DNA of 64,000 nucleotides, taken from Candidatus Kapaibacterium sp. GTDB taxonomy: Bacteria > Bacteroidota > Ignavibacteria > Kapaibacteriales > UBA2268. Location: positions 67,274 through 131,273 of the forward strand of contig CALBDO010000003.1 in the NCBI GenBank assembly GCA_937927515.1. The letters run 5' to 3'. The position numbers were made by a program, and so were the translations under genes. The notes under the pieces were generated by a model. The model saw nothing but the letters and a program-made list of their open reading frames with translations. It was not told the origin of the DNA and searched no databases. Position 1 is the stretch's first letter. Each line of letters starts with the position of its first letter. Positions 47,452 through 58,787 of the stretch are shown piece by piece.

Positions 47452-49512
47452 ATGCCTTTCTTTAAACTTTTTTCTAACTACAGCCCTGCGGGGGACCAAC
47501 CCAAAGCAATAAAGGAATTGGTTGATGGGGTAAATTCCGGAATAAAGCATCAAGTTCTTCTCGGAGTTACTGGTTCTGGTAAAACATTTACTATTTCGAA
47601 TGTAATTGAACAAGTACAAAGACCAGTTTTAGTAATTTCACCGAACAAAACACTTGCAGCACAACTTTATAGCGAGTTCAAGTCATTTTTCCCCGAAAAT
47701 GCTGTTGAGTATTTCATATCATACTATGACTACTATCAACCCGAAGCTTATATTCCACAAACAGATACATACATTGAAAAAGATTTTTCAATAAACGAAG
47801 AAATTGATAGGTTGAGAATTCGGGCAACAAGCAGACTGGTCGAAGGTAGACGCGATGTAATAATCGTTGCTTCAGTTAGTTGTATTTATAGTATAGGCTC
47901 AAAAGAACAATTCGAGCAGTTCCTATTCCCAATACATAAAGGAATGCAAATTAGCAGAAAAGCCCTTATGAACAAATTAATATATCTTTATTACAATAGA
48001 AACGATTTGGATTTTAAAAGAGGTTGTTTTCGGGCTCGTGGCGACACAATTGATTTAATACCTCCTTATGAATATGACGTTGCCATTCGTATAGAGCTTT
48101 TTGGAGATGAAATAGATAATATTTCATTAATTAATCCGACAAGCGGTAAAATTTTAAAAACATTTGAGGAATATACAATCTATCCTGCTAAGCTTTTTGT
48201 TACAACTGAAAGCAGACTGCAAAGAGCAATTGTAGCTATTCAAAATGAGCTTGTAGAAAGACTACGAGAACTACGCTCGCAAGGGAAACTCTTGGAAGCA
48301 CAAAGACTCGAGCAGAGGACACTTTTCGACATAGAAATGATGAAAGAAATTGGTTATTGCTCTGGAATAGAAAATTATTCAATGCATCTTTCGGGCAGAA
48401 ACTTCGGAGACACACCAGAAACCATAATCCACTATTTTCCCAAGGATTTTTTAACAATAATTGACGAAAGCCACGTGACAATTCCACAGTTAAGAGGCAT
48501 GTATAATGGGGACCGCTCCAGAAAACAAACACTTGTAGACTTTGGTTTCCGACTACCATCAGCTTTAGAAAATAGACCTCTGAAATTCGAAGAATTTGAG
48601 CAACTCGTTAACCAAGTTATTTACGTGAGTGCTACCCCAGGACCCTACGAGCTTGAAAAAACTGGCGGTGTTGTAGTCGAGCAAATCATTCGACCAACCG
48701 GTTTAGTCGACCCCGAAGTTTCAATTCGACCAATCAAAAACCAAGTCGACGATTTAATAAATGAAATAAGAAAAAGAGTTCGAAGTGGTCATCGAACACT
48801 TGTCACAACATTAACTAAACGAATGGCAGAAGACCTTGCCGAATATTTAAATCAGCTTAATATAAAAGTGGCGTATATTCATTCAGACATTGATGCACTG
48901 GAAAGAGTAGAAATAATAAGGGACCTTCGCCTGGGGAATTACGATGTACTCGTCGGTGTCAATCTACTGCGCGAAGGATTGGACTTGCCCGAGGTTTCTC
49001 TCGTTGCAATTCTTGATGCCGACAAGGAAGGATTTCTCCGAAGCGAAAGGTCTTTGCTACAAATCGCAGGTAGAACCGCAAGAAACATCGATGGTCTTGT
49101 TATTCTTTATGCAGATAAAATTACAAATTCAATTAAAAATTTCGTTGAAGAGACAAACAGACGGCGTAAAATCCAACTTGAATTCAACCGAAAACATAAC
49201 ATCAATCCGCAAACAGTTTACAAAACATTAGAAGAGATTCTTAATTCAACTTCTATTGCAGATATACAACAACTTCGACAAAATCGAAAAGTACAGAAAT
49301 ACGTGCATAGTCAATCGAACTTTGCTGAACCTCTTGTTAAATACTTAAACGAAAAGCAAAAAGAAGAACTTTTGGAGCAACTCTTCAAGGAAATGAAAGA
49401 AGCTGCAAGAAATTTAGATTTCGAGCGTGCAGCTGAAATACGTGATGAAATTGCAAGATTGAAAGGTGATTTGAATTTCTCCCCAAAAGGCAAGAAAAAA
49501 TTAATGAACTAA
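47452..49512 (+). CDS. uvrB: Excinuclease ABC subunit B
   Basis: [10 protein letters not shown] Walker [11 protein letters not shown] beta-hairpin region, helicase motifs, C-terminal UVR domain ([13 protein letters not shown]). Confidence 0.95.
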   Translation: MPFFKLFSNYSPAGDQPKAIKELVDGVNSGIKHQVLLGVTGSGKTFTISNVIEQVQRPVLVISPNKTLAAQLYSEFKSFFPENAVEYFISYYDYYQPEAYIPQTDTYIEKDFSINEEIDRLRIRATSRLVEGRRDVIIVASVSCIYSIGSKEQFEQFLFPIHKGMQISRKALMNKLIYLYYNRNDLDFKRGCFRARGDTIDLIPPYEYDVAIRIELFGDEIDNISLINPTSGKILKTFEEYTIYPAKLFVTTESRLQRAIVAIQNELVERLRELRSQGKLLEAQRLEQRTLFDIEMMKEIGYCSGIENYSMHLSGRNFGDTPETIIHYFPKDFLTIIDESHVTIPQLRGMYNGDRSRKQTLVDFGFRLPSALENRPLKFEEFEQLVNQVIYVSATPGPYELEKTGGVVVEQIIRPTGLVDPEVSIRPIKNQVDDLINEIRKRVRSGHRTLVTTLTKRMAEDLAEYLNQLNIKVAYIHSDIDALERVEIIRDLRLGNYDVLVGVNLLREGLDLPEVSLVAILDADKEGFLRSERSLLQIAGRTARNIDGLVILYADKITNSIKNFVEETNRRRKIQLEFNRKHNINPQTVYKTLEEILNSTSIADIQQLRQNRKVQKYVHSQSNFAEPLVKYLNEKQKEELLEQLFKEMKEAARNLDFERAAEIRDEIARLKGDLNFSPKGKKKLMN

Positions 49513-49647
49513 TCTTAGAATAAATCTTCCATCACAATTATCCCAATCTTTAACTATTAATAAATTTTAAGATTGTTTTAATTGTGAATTTATTTTCACA
49601 AGTATATCTTGCATTTTGTTTATAATATTCAACATTAAAGCAGAAAG

Positions 49648-50310
49648 ATGAGGAAATTTATAATTGCTTTTTTGGTGCTATTTCTCGTTAGCATCTTAAT
49701 TAATACTACATTAGCTTACGGTACAAATGATAGGCAGAATAAAAAGCATCTTAGTACAAAAATATTCCGGAAGTCAAATGTAATTGAATCATTAAAAAAA
49801 TTAAAACTCTATCTCCTTGGTTATAATAACATTTCTTTCGAACTTATTCATAATACAACAAGCTTTGATTTTTTGGATGCAAAATCAATATTTTCAAATG
49901 AAATTTATAAAACCAAACTTTTAACCACTATTCTACAATGGCTTGGAACTCCATACAAGATGGGTGGTTCGACAAAGAAAGGGATTGACTGCTCCAATTT
50001 TGTTGCTCAAATTTTTCGCCAGACTTTTGGAATTAATTTCCCCGCAAACGCCGAAACCCAATCTCGGCTGTTCAACCCCATCAACGAATTAAAGGAACTT
50101 TCCTTTGGAGACTTAATATTTTTCACAGGACGAAATAAAAAGTCCATGAGAATCGGTCACGTTGGTATATACCTTGGAAATGGTGTTTTTGCACATTCCT
50201 CCACAGGTAAGGGTGTTATAATCACTCACATTTCCGAAGGCTATTACAGCGAAAGATTTCGCTTCGGAGGTAGGCTATCATCGGATATCTTAAACATTGT
50301 TCTCAAATAA
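49648..50310 (+). CDS. NlpC/P60 (C40) family cell-wall peptidase
   Basis: GIDCSNFVAQIF...HVGIY...H catalytic Cys/His context; signal peptide. Confidence 0.8.
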   Translation: MRKFIIAFLVLFLVSILINTTLAYGTNDRQNKKHLSTKIFRKSNVIESLKKLKLYLLGYNNISFELIHNTTSFDFLDAKSIFSNEIYKTKLLTTILQWLGTPYKMGGSTKKGIDCSNFVAQIFRQTFGINFPANAETQSRLFNPINELKELSFGDLIFFTGRNKKSMRIGHVGIYLGNGVFAHSSTGKGVIITHISEGYYSERFRFGGRLSSDILNIVLK

Positions 50311-50540
50311 TCTGCATTTATCAATCGTTATCCAGTAATCGACTCATTCAATTTTACTTACCTAATTAACAATCGAATACAAAATCTTGGTTGAAACTTC
50401 ATTCTTTTTTTATTAAACACTTCAACATATTTTTCTTTACAAAAAAGTATCTAAAATCGACCATTCATTATGGAAACAAACTAATCAAACAGTATCCCAG
50501 ACAAGTTAAATAATTTGGACCATTTTTAAAGGAATTTTCA

Positions 50541-50580
50541 AAATAAAAAGGGCACTCATTTATGAGTGCCCATTATTGAG
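50541..50580. terminator. Bidirectional intrinsic terminator between convergent genes
   Basis: GGGCACTCAT-TT-ATGAGTGCCC perfect inverted repeat (50550-50571), flanked by A-rich and T-rich runs. Confidence 0.55.
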
Positions 50581-50593
50581 AAAGCAAGCTAAG

Positions 50594-53500
50594 CTATTTA
50601 TTAATTATCATCTGTCTTGTAAGTCTCTTTCCGCAAAACTCAAGAGTGTAGGCATACACACCACTCGCCAAATTCAACTTTTCGACGTCCACGAGCACAG
50701 AGTGATAGCCAGCAACGACATCTGCGTTTAGTAACTCAATGCTTATATCACCAAGCAAATTGCTAATTGTGACTCGCACTCTCCCATTATTGGGGATGAA
50801 GAAATCAACTTTAGAAATACCGCTAAATGGATTTGGCTTGTTCTGATATAATTCTAAGGAACCCATTTCCCCAGGAACTTCGAGTATAGTTTTGAATGTG
50901 ACTGTAACAACACATTCTTTACTCCAAACCTCACCACACTGGTTGTAAACTTTAACTTTATAGGTTCCAGCATCTTCAGACTTGGCAGAGGTTATTTCAA
51001 ATGTAGGTTCGGTTACATTTAACTCCTGGTCATCTTTGTACCACTGATAATTCAAGTTGTCGCCAGTGGCACCGATTGCGAGGACAATGGGTTGTCCAGT
51101 ATTCACCTGATAAGTTGCTGGCAAATCGTTCACAATTAATGGCTTAGAGAATACTGCAAGAGTTGCTGGTCCAACAGTTTGCTCGTCGAAGCCTTCGATA
51201 GTAATCGTCACTGAGTACAAACCTGCATCCGTCGCATCAATGTTTGATATAGTTAGACTTGAAGTGTTAACGCCTGAATATTTGCCACCTTCTTGCAGAG
51301 CTACACCATTGAACTTCCACTGGTACTTAAGGTCGAAGCCAGGGACTGTCGACGAGGCATTTACAGTAAAGGTAACGTCTTCACCTTCGCAAGCTTGCTG
51401 GTCGGCTAATTGCTGAGCAATTATTCTTGGCTTTTCAACTAATGAGATTGGTTCGGAGGTATCGGCACCACACAACCCCTCGACGATTACATAATAATTC
51501 GAACCAAAATCGGCTGGTCGAATATCTCGTATGGTCATAATTGATGACTTAGTACCTGCTATTCTATCATTATCAACCAATGGTGTAGTTCCACGATACC
51601 ACCTAATCTTTGGCTGCAATAATGGATTATCTTGAGCAGTGAAATGCACATCAATTTCAAAGGTTGCAACCGAGCCAGTTGTTGTGTAAATAACCTTTGG
51701 CTGACGTGTAATTTTTGTTGGTTCGACAGCATACAACAATGTTGGTTGAGTCCAAACTGGTTCGGCTTCGCCGTTTCCAGAAATCTTGCAAGTGTAGACA
51801 CCTCCCATATTGAATGTTAAAGGTGGAAGTGGATAAATTGCCTCGGTTGCTCCGGGTATTTCAACATTATTGAAGTACCATTGATAAGACAATGTACCAC
51901 CAAAATCAATTTCTGCAACAACAGAGAAATAATTATCGGTCGAGCCAACGCAATTGATTACCTCTTTCGGCTGACTTAAAATTCGAATAGAAGGATTCAA
52001 GGTATTGACACCAATGTAATAAGCCTTGTTTCTTTGATTTCCATCAATGTCAAATTTTTCAATTTCGTCCGAAAGCGGACCTAACTCAACTAATGGATAA
52101 GTGTAATATAGTTCTCTTTTAATTTTAGCAATTCTCGGATTGTCATCCGAAAGGAATTCAGCACTCACGGAAACAGAGTTGAAATCTAAGTTAGTAATGG
52201 CTTTCCAGGTCGCTAAGTTTGGTATATTACCAAATATACCAGATACTAATACAGACCCTGCGGTATAGATATTGTTTTCATCACTGATTAGACCAACCGG
52301 AGGCGTACCCCAAACTTGAATAGCATTGCCTGTACCCTTGTTGTAAATCATGTTTCTCTTGAAGTAGTTTCCATTTCCGAGGCTATTCAAATAGATAATT
52401 GGACCGCTAGTATTGCCAACAAAGGAATTGTACACAAACTTGGACATTGTTATTCTATCCAAATAAGAAGCACCAGAGTTCAAGGTTGTTACTATGTTGT
52501 TAGCAACGATTGCCGAGGTGGAAGCCAAACGCATTCCGTAATTGCCACCACTCAATTTAATGTAATTTTTATAAATCTTAGCGTTTTGTGAGTTTTCGGA
52601 GTAAATACCTATAGTGTTCGAATTTGTAATATAGTTCTTATCTATCATTAGATTTTGGGAACCAGAGTTCAATATTACGATTGCACCCTTTTGATAAGAA
52701 CCAGTAGAACTCAATGTAAACTGATTTTCGCTAATGTTTGCAGATGCGAAGTTGTTCACAAATATTCCATTGGTGTTAGTTCCCATTAGGGTATTACCAG
52801 TGATAGTCACAGCATTAATACCATTTGAAACTGAAATTCCAGCCTGGGGATTGTTTATAGCAGTGGTGCTTGCTGGACCAATTCCGCTAATTCTATTCCC
52901 AGAAATTGAATTTCCGCTTACCAGCGGTGATGGAAGATTCTCTTCTTTATCTAAGCCTAGAATTACAAAGTTTCCCGAATTGATATAAATACCGTAGACC
53001 AAATTTAAGCCAGAGATTGTATTGTTATCAATAGTATAATTGGAAACTCCTTCGAGAAATGCTCCATACAAATTTTGTCCAACGAAGATGTTGTTTGTAA
53101 TGTTCAAATTTACAGAGTTAACACCAGTTGGAGTTAATAAGTATATGCCTGTAGAGCCATACCTTAAAGTTGTATTATTAATTTTTAGGTTGTCTAACCT
53201 ACTATTGTCAGAAAGAATTAGGGCAAAATTTAGATTCTTTAGTGGATTTTGGCAACCAATAATGGTACAATTTTCTATCGTCAAGCCATTAATATTACCA
53301 GATAGTTTAATCACATTGCCCCACGTGCAACTATTGTTTCTAATGATTAAATTTCTAAATACGACTCCACCCAAACGGTCGATTCTAAACACATAATTAT
53401 CATTTGGTCCAGAGGGGGTATATTCGATAATTACATCATCGTTTCTTCCGGTGAAAGACTCGAATGTAATTGGAAACTGCCGATAACCAACTGGCTGCAA

Positions 53501-56500
53501 CAAAACACCACCCTGGTAAGTCCCTGGTCTAAGTTTTATTGTAACTGGACCAGCAATACCCCAATAAGCTATATAATTGGTAAACTCGTCAAGTGAATTG
53601 AAATCTGGATTACGACCACCAATTGTGTACGTACCTCCAGCAAGTGCTTTGTAAACAACAACTGTCCTTTCATCATTATCAGGGTTATCGTCTGGATATC
53701 CATTGGGATATTGTGTTGCTGCTTTTATATAGAATGGTAAATTGGCGGTGCCAAAATCATAAGTACCAACGGCTACATCAATTGAGTCCTGAGCAGCAAG
53801 GTATCCATTCCAGTCGTACGAAGTTTGCTGAACACCATTTACCCACCAATTAATTCTAACGTAAGTCAAAGGTTTTGGAGCGTAATTCTTAATTCTCAAC
53901 TTAACTACATTAACACCGGGTTCAATTGGCAGCATTCCATCAGCATTTAAAAATCCAGCATCGTTAAGAATTGGTGCAACTTGTTTTGTAAATGCGTCGT
54001 TGGTTGGGTCTTTATCGGGCAGAGTATTGGCAATTGGGTCAGGTCCTTTGGGGTCGGTCGTCCAAACTTTAATTGTGAAGGGATTCCAAGGTGCTCGTGG
54101 AACAAATAGGAAGTTTGGATGAATGACAACCTCCTCGGTAGCACTAGTATCAAGGTTACCAGTCCAATAGTATGGTGTTTGTTCCACTCCATCAATGGAC
54201 CAACGAATCGTCACACTTGTAAGTCTAAAGAATTTACCAAAGTTCTTCAATACAGCCTTTACTTGTTGCGGTTCATATGAATTGAATTTATCTACTGGAC
54301 TTGTAATATTTACAATTCCAGCATCATTTTGCTTAATATCGCCCTGGAATTTGACCAAAAAAGCTTCTGGCGTACCACTATATGAATACTGATGACCATT
54401 TGTGGTTGCTATTTGGTCAATATCGGTTGAATATGTATAACCACCGATAAATGGATTTCCCTGGCCATCAACTTTTACACAATTATAATAAACATAGTCG
54501 GAGTTGTTACCACCATAATATGTCCCCCATTTTCTTGTTCTTCCATCAGGGGATAACATTGCGAGCCAACCGTCGGGGGTTGTACTTAAGTAAGTTTTAA
54601 ATCCATCTGGAGAGGCTATACCACTTGAGGAATAAGTAATCCCCCCAACATAAACGTTGCCGCTTCCGTCTGCAGCAATTCCATAACCATAATCTGTACT
54701 TGGACCACCATAGTAAGTACCCCACTGGCGGACGCCACTGGTATTAAACTTAACCACATAGGCATCTGGTGTGGTGCTTAAAACTGTTTGGTACGTTCCA
54801 GAGGTAACAATGTAATCAGAAGAATAAGTCATTCCGGTAAAATAAACATTGCCGTTTTGGTCGGCATACAAACTGTAAAGATAATCTGTGCTCGAACCAC
54901 CATAATAAGTGCCCCATTGGCGGACTCCATTAGTATTAAACTTGACAAGAAATGCATCAGGAGTAACCACATACATTGTTTGATGAGCACCAGATGTAGC
55001 TATATTTGTTGAAGAATAAGTAAAACCTCCGATGTATACATTCCCACTACCATCGCAAGCCACAGAAAAACAATAATCGGAACTATTCCCTCCATAATAT
55101 GTACCCCATTGGCGTACGCCATTCGTGTTGAACTTGACTAAGAAAGCATCTGGTGTAGTACTTATAGTTGTTTGGTGTCCATTGGAAGTTGCAATATTAT
55201 CGGTCGAATATGTATAATATCCAGCGAGATAGGAATTACCATTAGCATCAGCAGCACAGGAATAACATATGTCAGTATTGTTCCCACCATAGTAAGTACC
55301 CCACTGGCGAACTCCATATGCATCAAACTTCACAAGGAAGCAATCTGGAGTGGTACTTATGATAGTTTGATGTCCATTACTCGATGCTATCACGTTTGAG
55401 GAATATGTGTAACCACCGAAATAAACATTTCCGTAACTATCTGCTCCAATACCATAACCATAGTCTGAACTACTTCCACCATAATATGTTCCCCACTGGC
55501 GAACCCCATTAGCATTAAATTTAACCAAAAAAGCATCTGGCGTTGTATTCAAAGTGGTTTGGAATGCGCCCGAGGTTGCAATATTATTTGTAGAGTAGGT
55601 ATAACCAGTTATGTACGAGTTACCATTAGCATCGGCGTGAATACCGTAGCCAATTTCAGTGCTACTACCACCATAATAAGTACCCCACAATCTTGTTGGT
55701 GGGTCGATAATCAAGGGTTTAGAAGCATCATAATTTTCTACATAAAATGTTATAACATCATTGGAATTTTTAACGAACTTGCTTGTAACATAATTTGCTG
55801 CAGTTGGTTGTTCACGGGAATTGATGTAAGAGTCAAGATTTGGGATTTGGTAAGCAATAGGAGGTGCTTGCTCGATGGTTCCTAAGGGTGTGGAGACGCG
55901 CAGGGTACCATTATCAGTTATTTCGATAGCAGAAGCACCAGCAAATTTAAAAGCAATTTTACTTGGGTCTGCACCAGGCTTCAAGACAAAATCGTATTGA
56001 AACTTATTTTCCCTATTTCCATAAAGAACGAAATCTATACCGGGATAGACATCCTCCATAAGTATTGTCGCATATCTGCGGACAAAAGTTATACCATCGG
56101 GACAATGTGGAAGATAATAATTATCGTAGTCTGGTTGAATTTCCTTTGGAATAAACACTGGATTTAAATTCGCTCCGAGTAATTGCATATCTACACGATA
56201 TATATCGAAAGTAGCAGAGATATCGCCGAGTGGTTCAGTTCCCTTGTCGATGCCAAAAGGCTTGTCCAATTTCTCGTTCCGGGCATCAATGGATTCGGGT
56301 CTTTGTTTGATAAAGGTAAAGCTAATAGTATTGTTTTTGACGACGATGGTACCAAAATCAACTTGTGCGACGAACTGAACATCTTTATTCACATTTCCGA
56401 ACTGGTCGACAATTTGACCTTTGTTCTCGATAAAGATAATGCTTTTGCGAGCAAGAAATTCACTTGGAGTTGGCGTCGAAAATACTGTTGAGGAAAGAAA

Positions 56501-56554
56501 AGAAATTAAGAAAGCAAACAAAAATAATTTTTTCATAGTGCAACCCCTATACAA
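50594..56554 (-). CDS. Giant secreted surface protein (1986 aa): eight SBBP beta-propeller repeats, parallel beta-helix repeats, Ig-like domains and a T9SS C-terminal sorting domain
   Basis: Signal peptide (start probably MKKLFLF). Eight ~63-aa repeats WGTYYGG..DYGY....GNVY..G.TYS. NNTISG/NNIFVG right-handed beta-helix-like repeats. YQWYKDDQEL Ig-like modules. C-terminal ...LNLASGVYAYTLEF.GKRLTRQMIINK. Confidence 0.75.
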   Translation of the reverse strand: MYRGCTMKKLFLFAFLISFLSSTVFSTPTPSEFLARKSIIFIENKGQIVDQFGNVNKDVQFVAQVDFGTIVVKNNTISFTFIKQRPESIDARNEKLDKPFGIDKGTEPLGDISATFDIYRVDMQLLGANLNPVFIPKEIQPDYDNYYLPHCPDGITFVRRYATILMEDVYPGIDFVLYGNRENKFQYDFVLKPGADPSKIAFKFAGASAIEITDNGTLRVSTPLGTIEQAPPIAYQIPNLDSYINSREQPTAANYVTSKFVKNSNDVITFYVENYDASKPLIIDPPTRLWGTYYGGSSTEIGYGIHADANGNSYITGYTYSTNNIATSGAFQTTLNTTPDAFLVKFNANGVRQWGTYYGGSSSDYGYGIGADSYGNVYFGGYTYSSNVIASSNGHQTIISTTPDCFLVKFDAYGVRQWGTYYGGNNTDICYSCAADANGNSYLAGYYTYSTDNIATSNGHQTTISTTPDAFLVKFNTNGVRQWGTYYGGNSSDYCFSVACDGSGNVYIGGFTYSSTNIATSGAHQTMYVVTPDAFLVKFNTNGVRQWGTYYGGSSTDYLYSLYADQNGNVYFTGMTYSSDYIVTSGTYQTVLSTTPDAYVVKFNTSGVRQWGTYYGGPSTDYGYGIAADGSGNVYVGGITYSSSGIASPDGFKTYLSTTPDGWLAMLSPDGRTRKWGTYYGGNNSDYVYYNCVKVDGQGNPFIGGYTYSTDIDQIATTNGHQYSYSGTPEAFLVKFQGDIKQNDAGIVNITSPVDKFNSYEPQQVKAVLKNFGKFFRLTSVTIRWSIDGVEQTPYYWTGNLDTSATEEVVIHPNFLFVPRAPWNPFTIKVWTTDPKGPDPIANTLPDKDPTNDAFTKQVAPILNDAGFLNADGMLPIEPGVNVVKLRIKNYAPKPLTYVRINWWVNGVQQTSYDWNGYLAAQDSIDVAVGTYDFGTANLPFYIKAATQYPNGYPDDNPDNDERTVVVYKALAGGTYTIGGRNPDFNSLDEFTNYIAYWGIAGPVTIKLRPGTYQGGVLLQPVGYRQFPITFESFTGRNDDVIIEYTPSGPNDNYVFRIDRLGGVVFRNLIIRNNSCTWGNVIKLSGNINGLTIENCTIIGCQNPLKNLNFALILSDNSRLDNLKINNTTLRYGSTGIYLLTPTGVNSVNLNITNNIFVGQNLYGAFLEGVSNYTIDNNTISGLNLVYGIYINSGNFVILGLDKEENLPSPLVSGNSISGNRISGIGPASTTAINNPQAGISVSNGINAVTITGNTLMGTNTNGIFVNNFASANISENQFTLSSTGSYQKGAIVILNSGSQNLMIDKNYITNSNTIGIYSENSQNAKIYKNYIKLSGGNYGMRLASTSAIVANNIVTTLNSGASYLDRITMSKFVYNSFVGNTSGPIIYLNSLGNGNYFKRNMIYNKGTGNAIQVWGTPPVGLISDENNIYTAGSVLVSGIFGNIPNLATWKAITNLDFNSVSVSAEFLSDDNPRIAKIKRELYYTYPLVELGPLSDEIEKFDIDGNQRNKAYYIGVNTLNPSIRILSQPKEVINCVGSTDNYFSVVAEIDFGGTLSYQWYFNNVEIPGATEAIYPLPPLTFNMGGVYTCKISGNGEAEPVWTQPTLLYAVEPTKITRQPKVIYTTTGSVATFEIDVHFTAQDNPLLQPKIRWYRGTTPLVDNDRIAGTKSSIMTIRDIRPADFGSNYYVIVEGLCGADTSEPISLVEKPRIIAQQLADQQACEGEDVTFTVNASSTVPGFDLKYQWKFNGVALQEGGKYSGVNTSSLTISNIDATDAGLYSVTITIEGFDEQTVGPATLAVFSKPLIVNDLPATYQVNTGQPIVLAIGATGDNLNYQWYKDDQELNVTEPTFEITSAKSEDAGTYKVKVYNQCGEVWSKECVVTVTFKTILEVPGEMGSLELYQNKPNPFSGISKVDFFIPNNGRVRVTISNLLGDISIELLNADVVAGYHSVLVDVEKLNLASGVYAYTLEFCGKRLTRQMIINK
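54170..55690 (-). repeat. Intragenic tandem DNA repeats (period ~190 nt, about 8 copies) encoding the SBBP propeller blades
   Basis: Recurring ccaccata(a/g)ta(a/t)gtaccccactggcg(g/a)ac...aaacttaac units seen near 54706, 54897, 55094, 55284 and 55474. Boundaries are approximate and derived from the protein repeat span. Confidence 0.5.
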
Positions 56555-56645
56555 TTATAAAACATACAACTTTTTTTCATTAAATATAAAAAAGCAAGTA
56601 GTAAATTAATAAAAATTTTTTAAAAAATCAAATATAAATTTTTTT

Positions 56646-58787
56646 TCATTTGACTGGCGTTTCTATAATAATATGCACAGTTCGGCAATAACTCCTCCCT
56701 TGCGGCAGCGAGTTGTCATATAGCAAAATTTCATTCCCAACTGGATTTAGTACAACTTGTGAGTCGGGCAGTTGTAGGAAATTTTTCACTGCAAGACACC
56801 TTCGTAAAGCTAAATCTTTGTTGTACGATACTTCTCCAATTTTATCGGTAAAACCAGAAATGGTAACTTTCGAATTTGGTGCTATTTTGCTTTTTATCTG
56901 GTTTAGAATTGGGATGTGTTGTGGCAGTAAATCTGCTTTGTCGAAGTCAAATACAATCAGAGAAAAGCGTTCGATTTTTTTATCGCCAAGCAATTCCTCT
57001 CTTTTTCTCTTTATTGTCCTTTGTTCGATTTTTACACTAACCTTTGATATACTTCGCTGGTCTAAAATATCCTCGGCGATAAAATTTATCAAGATTGGCT
57101 CTTCTAACTTTGGAATAGGTTCCTCTTCAACGCTCCAAAGTATTTTCTCAGGTAAATCGATTCCAGAGTAAGTCCGCAAATTTGTCCCGCTCTGTTCGAT
57201 TGTCAAGTTCCATCCTTTTAAACTTGCATCAGAATGAATTTCTGGTAAAATCTCGACGAAGGGTGGATTGGCGACTTTCTCAATCTTTGAAAGTCTTACA
57301 GGACCAGTAATTTTGCCACTCTTTGAAAAAATCTCTACTCTTTGATTTTCTTCAATACCTTCTGGAATAGATGGATTTGTCATTTTTTCCGGAAGATTTC
57401 TAAACTTAACATCAATTCGTTCGGGCTCTATACCCCAGGTCTCAACAAGATATTCCTTCACAGCTAAGGCACGTTTTTGAGACAATTCAAGATTATTCAA
57501 TTCAACGCCAATGTTGCTATTGCAACCAGTAAGGACAATCGATTCTTTGGGATTTTGCTTAAGCCTCTTAGCAATAATATTAAGCAGGTTCTCATATATT
57601 TTCAATGTATTCCACGGAAGGAAGCTTTCGTCGAATCCATCTGTTGTAGACTTATCAATTAAATTGACCGATGAGCTTTCCAAGCTCCATTCTCCAGTTG
57701 GAAAATAAATGTATGGTAAAAGAGGGAACATCTCTTCAGTTTCAAACTCTTCGATTACCAATACTGGATTATTTTGAACTTCTCCTTGTTTTGACTTTCC
57801 AACGACCTTGAGTTTGGTCTCCAATTGTGAAATCTTTGGGACCTCTGTTCGATATTTTTCACGTACGAAAGTTTTGTATATATACCCGTCAGATACTTTT
57901 TCTTTAATCGTTTTTTCGAGAACAGTTTCCTCAAGATAAGTTCGTTCGGATTTTAACCCAAAAACGGCTATTCGTAATGTATCACGAACGAGCATCGTAT
58001 CATAATAATAATGAACTTCGGGGGGGGAATATATTGGAAATCTAGCAGAAATTCCAATATCTAAATGCGATATTTTCCAATTTTCATTAGTAAGATTTTG
58101 AAATGGAATGAGGAAGCGTAATTGTGGTGAAATCCAAGCAGCATCGAAAAGTTGTATATCATAAGACAAACCCAAACTTGGGCGGACTAAAAATTTTTTA
58201 ACATTAGGTATTTCCAAGTTCAGATTAACGTTTCGTTCTTTCTCCCCATTAACAAATACAACACTATTCGGTGAAATTATAACTTCCTTTTGGTCTACCT
58301 TGGTCAAAAATAAATTTGAAAAATTTAGTCCGAAAGTCAGCCACAATCTACCAAAGATTTTATACATTAAAACAGGTTCAACGTATAAACCAATTAACTT
58401 GGGAGCTAAAAAATGCTGGACAGTAACCGGTAAAAGCACTATTTGGCTAACATCTTCCTCATATTTTACTGGTGTATTGCCGATAAACTCATTTTCTTTA
58501 AAAGTTACCCCCTCAGAGTTTAATCCACCAATTAATCGCAAAGCAAACTTCTCGGAAAGTTCCTTTTGAGCTAACAAAGAAATGTTCCAACCCAAGCCAA
58601 GAGTATTAGTATAGCGGGGACAACAGTTTGGTATATTTTGCAACTTGTTAAAATCCGCAAAGTGAATATTAAACCCTAAATCAACTTCACCACCGATATA
58701 AAATATAGGCTTTTTGATTTCATTAGAATAAATGGCAACTTCTGGTAAAAACATTAACAACAATAAAAAACAAATATTTCTCATCAT
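56646..58787 (-). CDS. Outer-membrane protein with an N-terminal beta-barrel-like region and two OmpA-like peptidoglycan-binding domains
   Basis: Signal peptide and beta-rich N-terminal half. Two OmpA_C-like segments (LSQKRALAVKEYLVE...NQRVEI and NKDLALRRCLAVKNFL). Overlaps the upstream giant gene by 4 nt (ATGA). Confidence 0.6.
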   Translation of the reverse strand: MMRNICFLLLLMFLPEVAIYSNEIKKPIFYIGGEVDLGFNIHFADFNKLQNIPNCCPRYTNTLGLGWNISLLAQKELSEKFALRLIGGLNSEGVTFKENEFIGNTPVKYEEDVSQIVLLPVTVQHFLAPKLIGLYVEPVLMYKIFGRLWLTFGLNFSNLFLTKVDQKEVIISPNSVVFVNGEKERNVNLNLEIPNVKKFLVRPSLGLSYDIQLFDAAWISPQLRFLIPFQNLTNENWKISHLDIGISARFPIYSPPEVHYYYDTMLVRDTLRIAVFGLKSERTYLEETVLEKTIKEKVSDGYIYKTFVREKYRTEVPKISQLETKLKVVGKSKQGEVQNNPVLVIEEFETEEMFPLLPYIYFPTGEWSLESSSVNLIDKSTTDGFDESFLPWNTLKIYENLLNIIAKRLKQNPKESIVLTGCNSNIGVELNNLELSQKRALAVKEYLVETWGIEPERIDVKFRNLPEKMTNPSIPEGIEENQRVEIFSKSGKITGPVRLSKIEKVANPPFVEILPEIHSDASLKGWNLTIEQSGTNLRTYSGIDLPEKILWSVEEEPIPKLEEPILINFIAEDILDQRSISKVSVKIEQRTIKRKREELLGDKKIERFSLIVFDFDKADLLPQHIPILNQIKSKIAPNSKVTISGFTDKIGEVSYNKDLALRRCLAVKNFLQLPDSQVVLNPVGNEILLYDNSLPQGRSYCRTVHIIIETPVK

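Noticed and set aside
54170-55690. Regularly spaced repeats considered as a possible CRISPR-like array
   Set aside because: The period is ~190 nt, the units are in frame within one long ORF, and they encode SBBP blades. There is no short repeat-and-spacer organisation.
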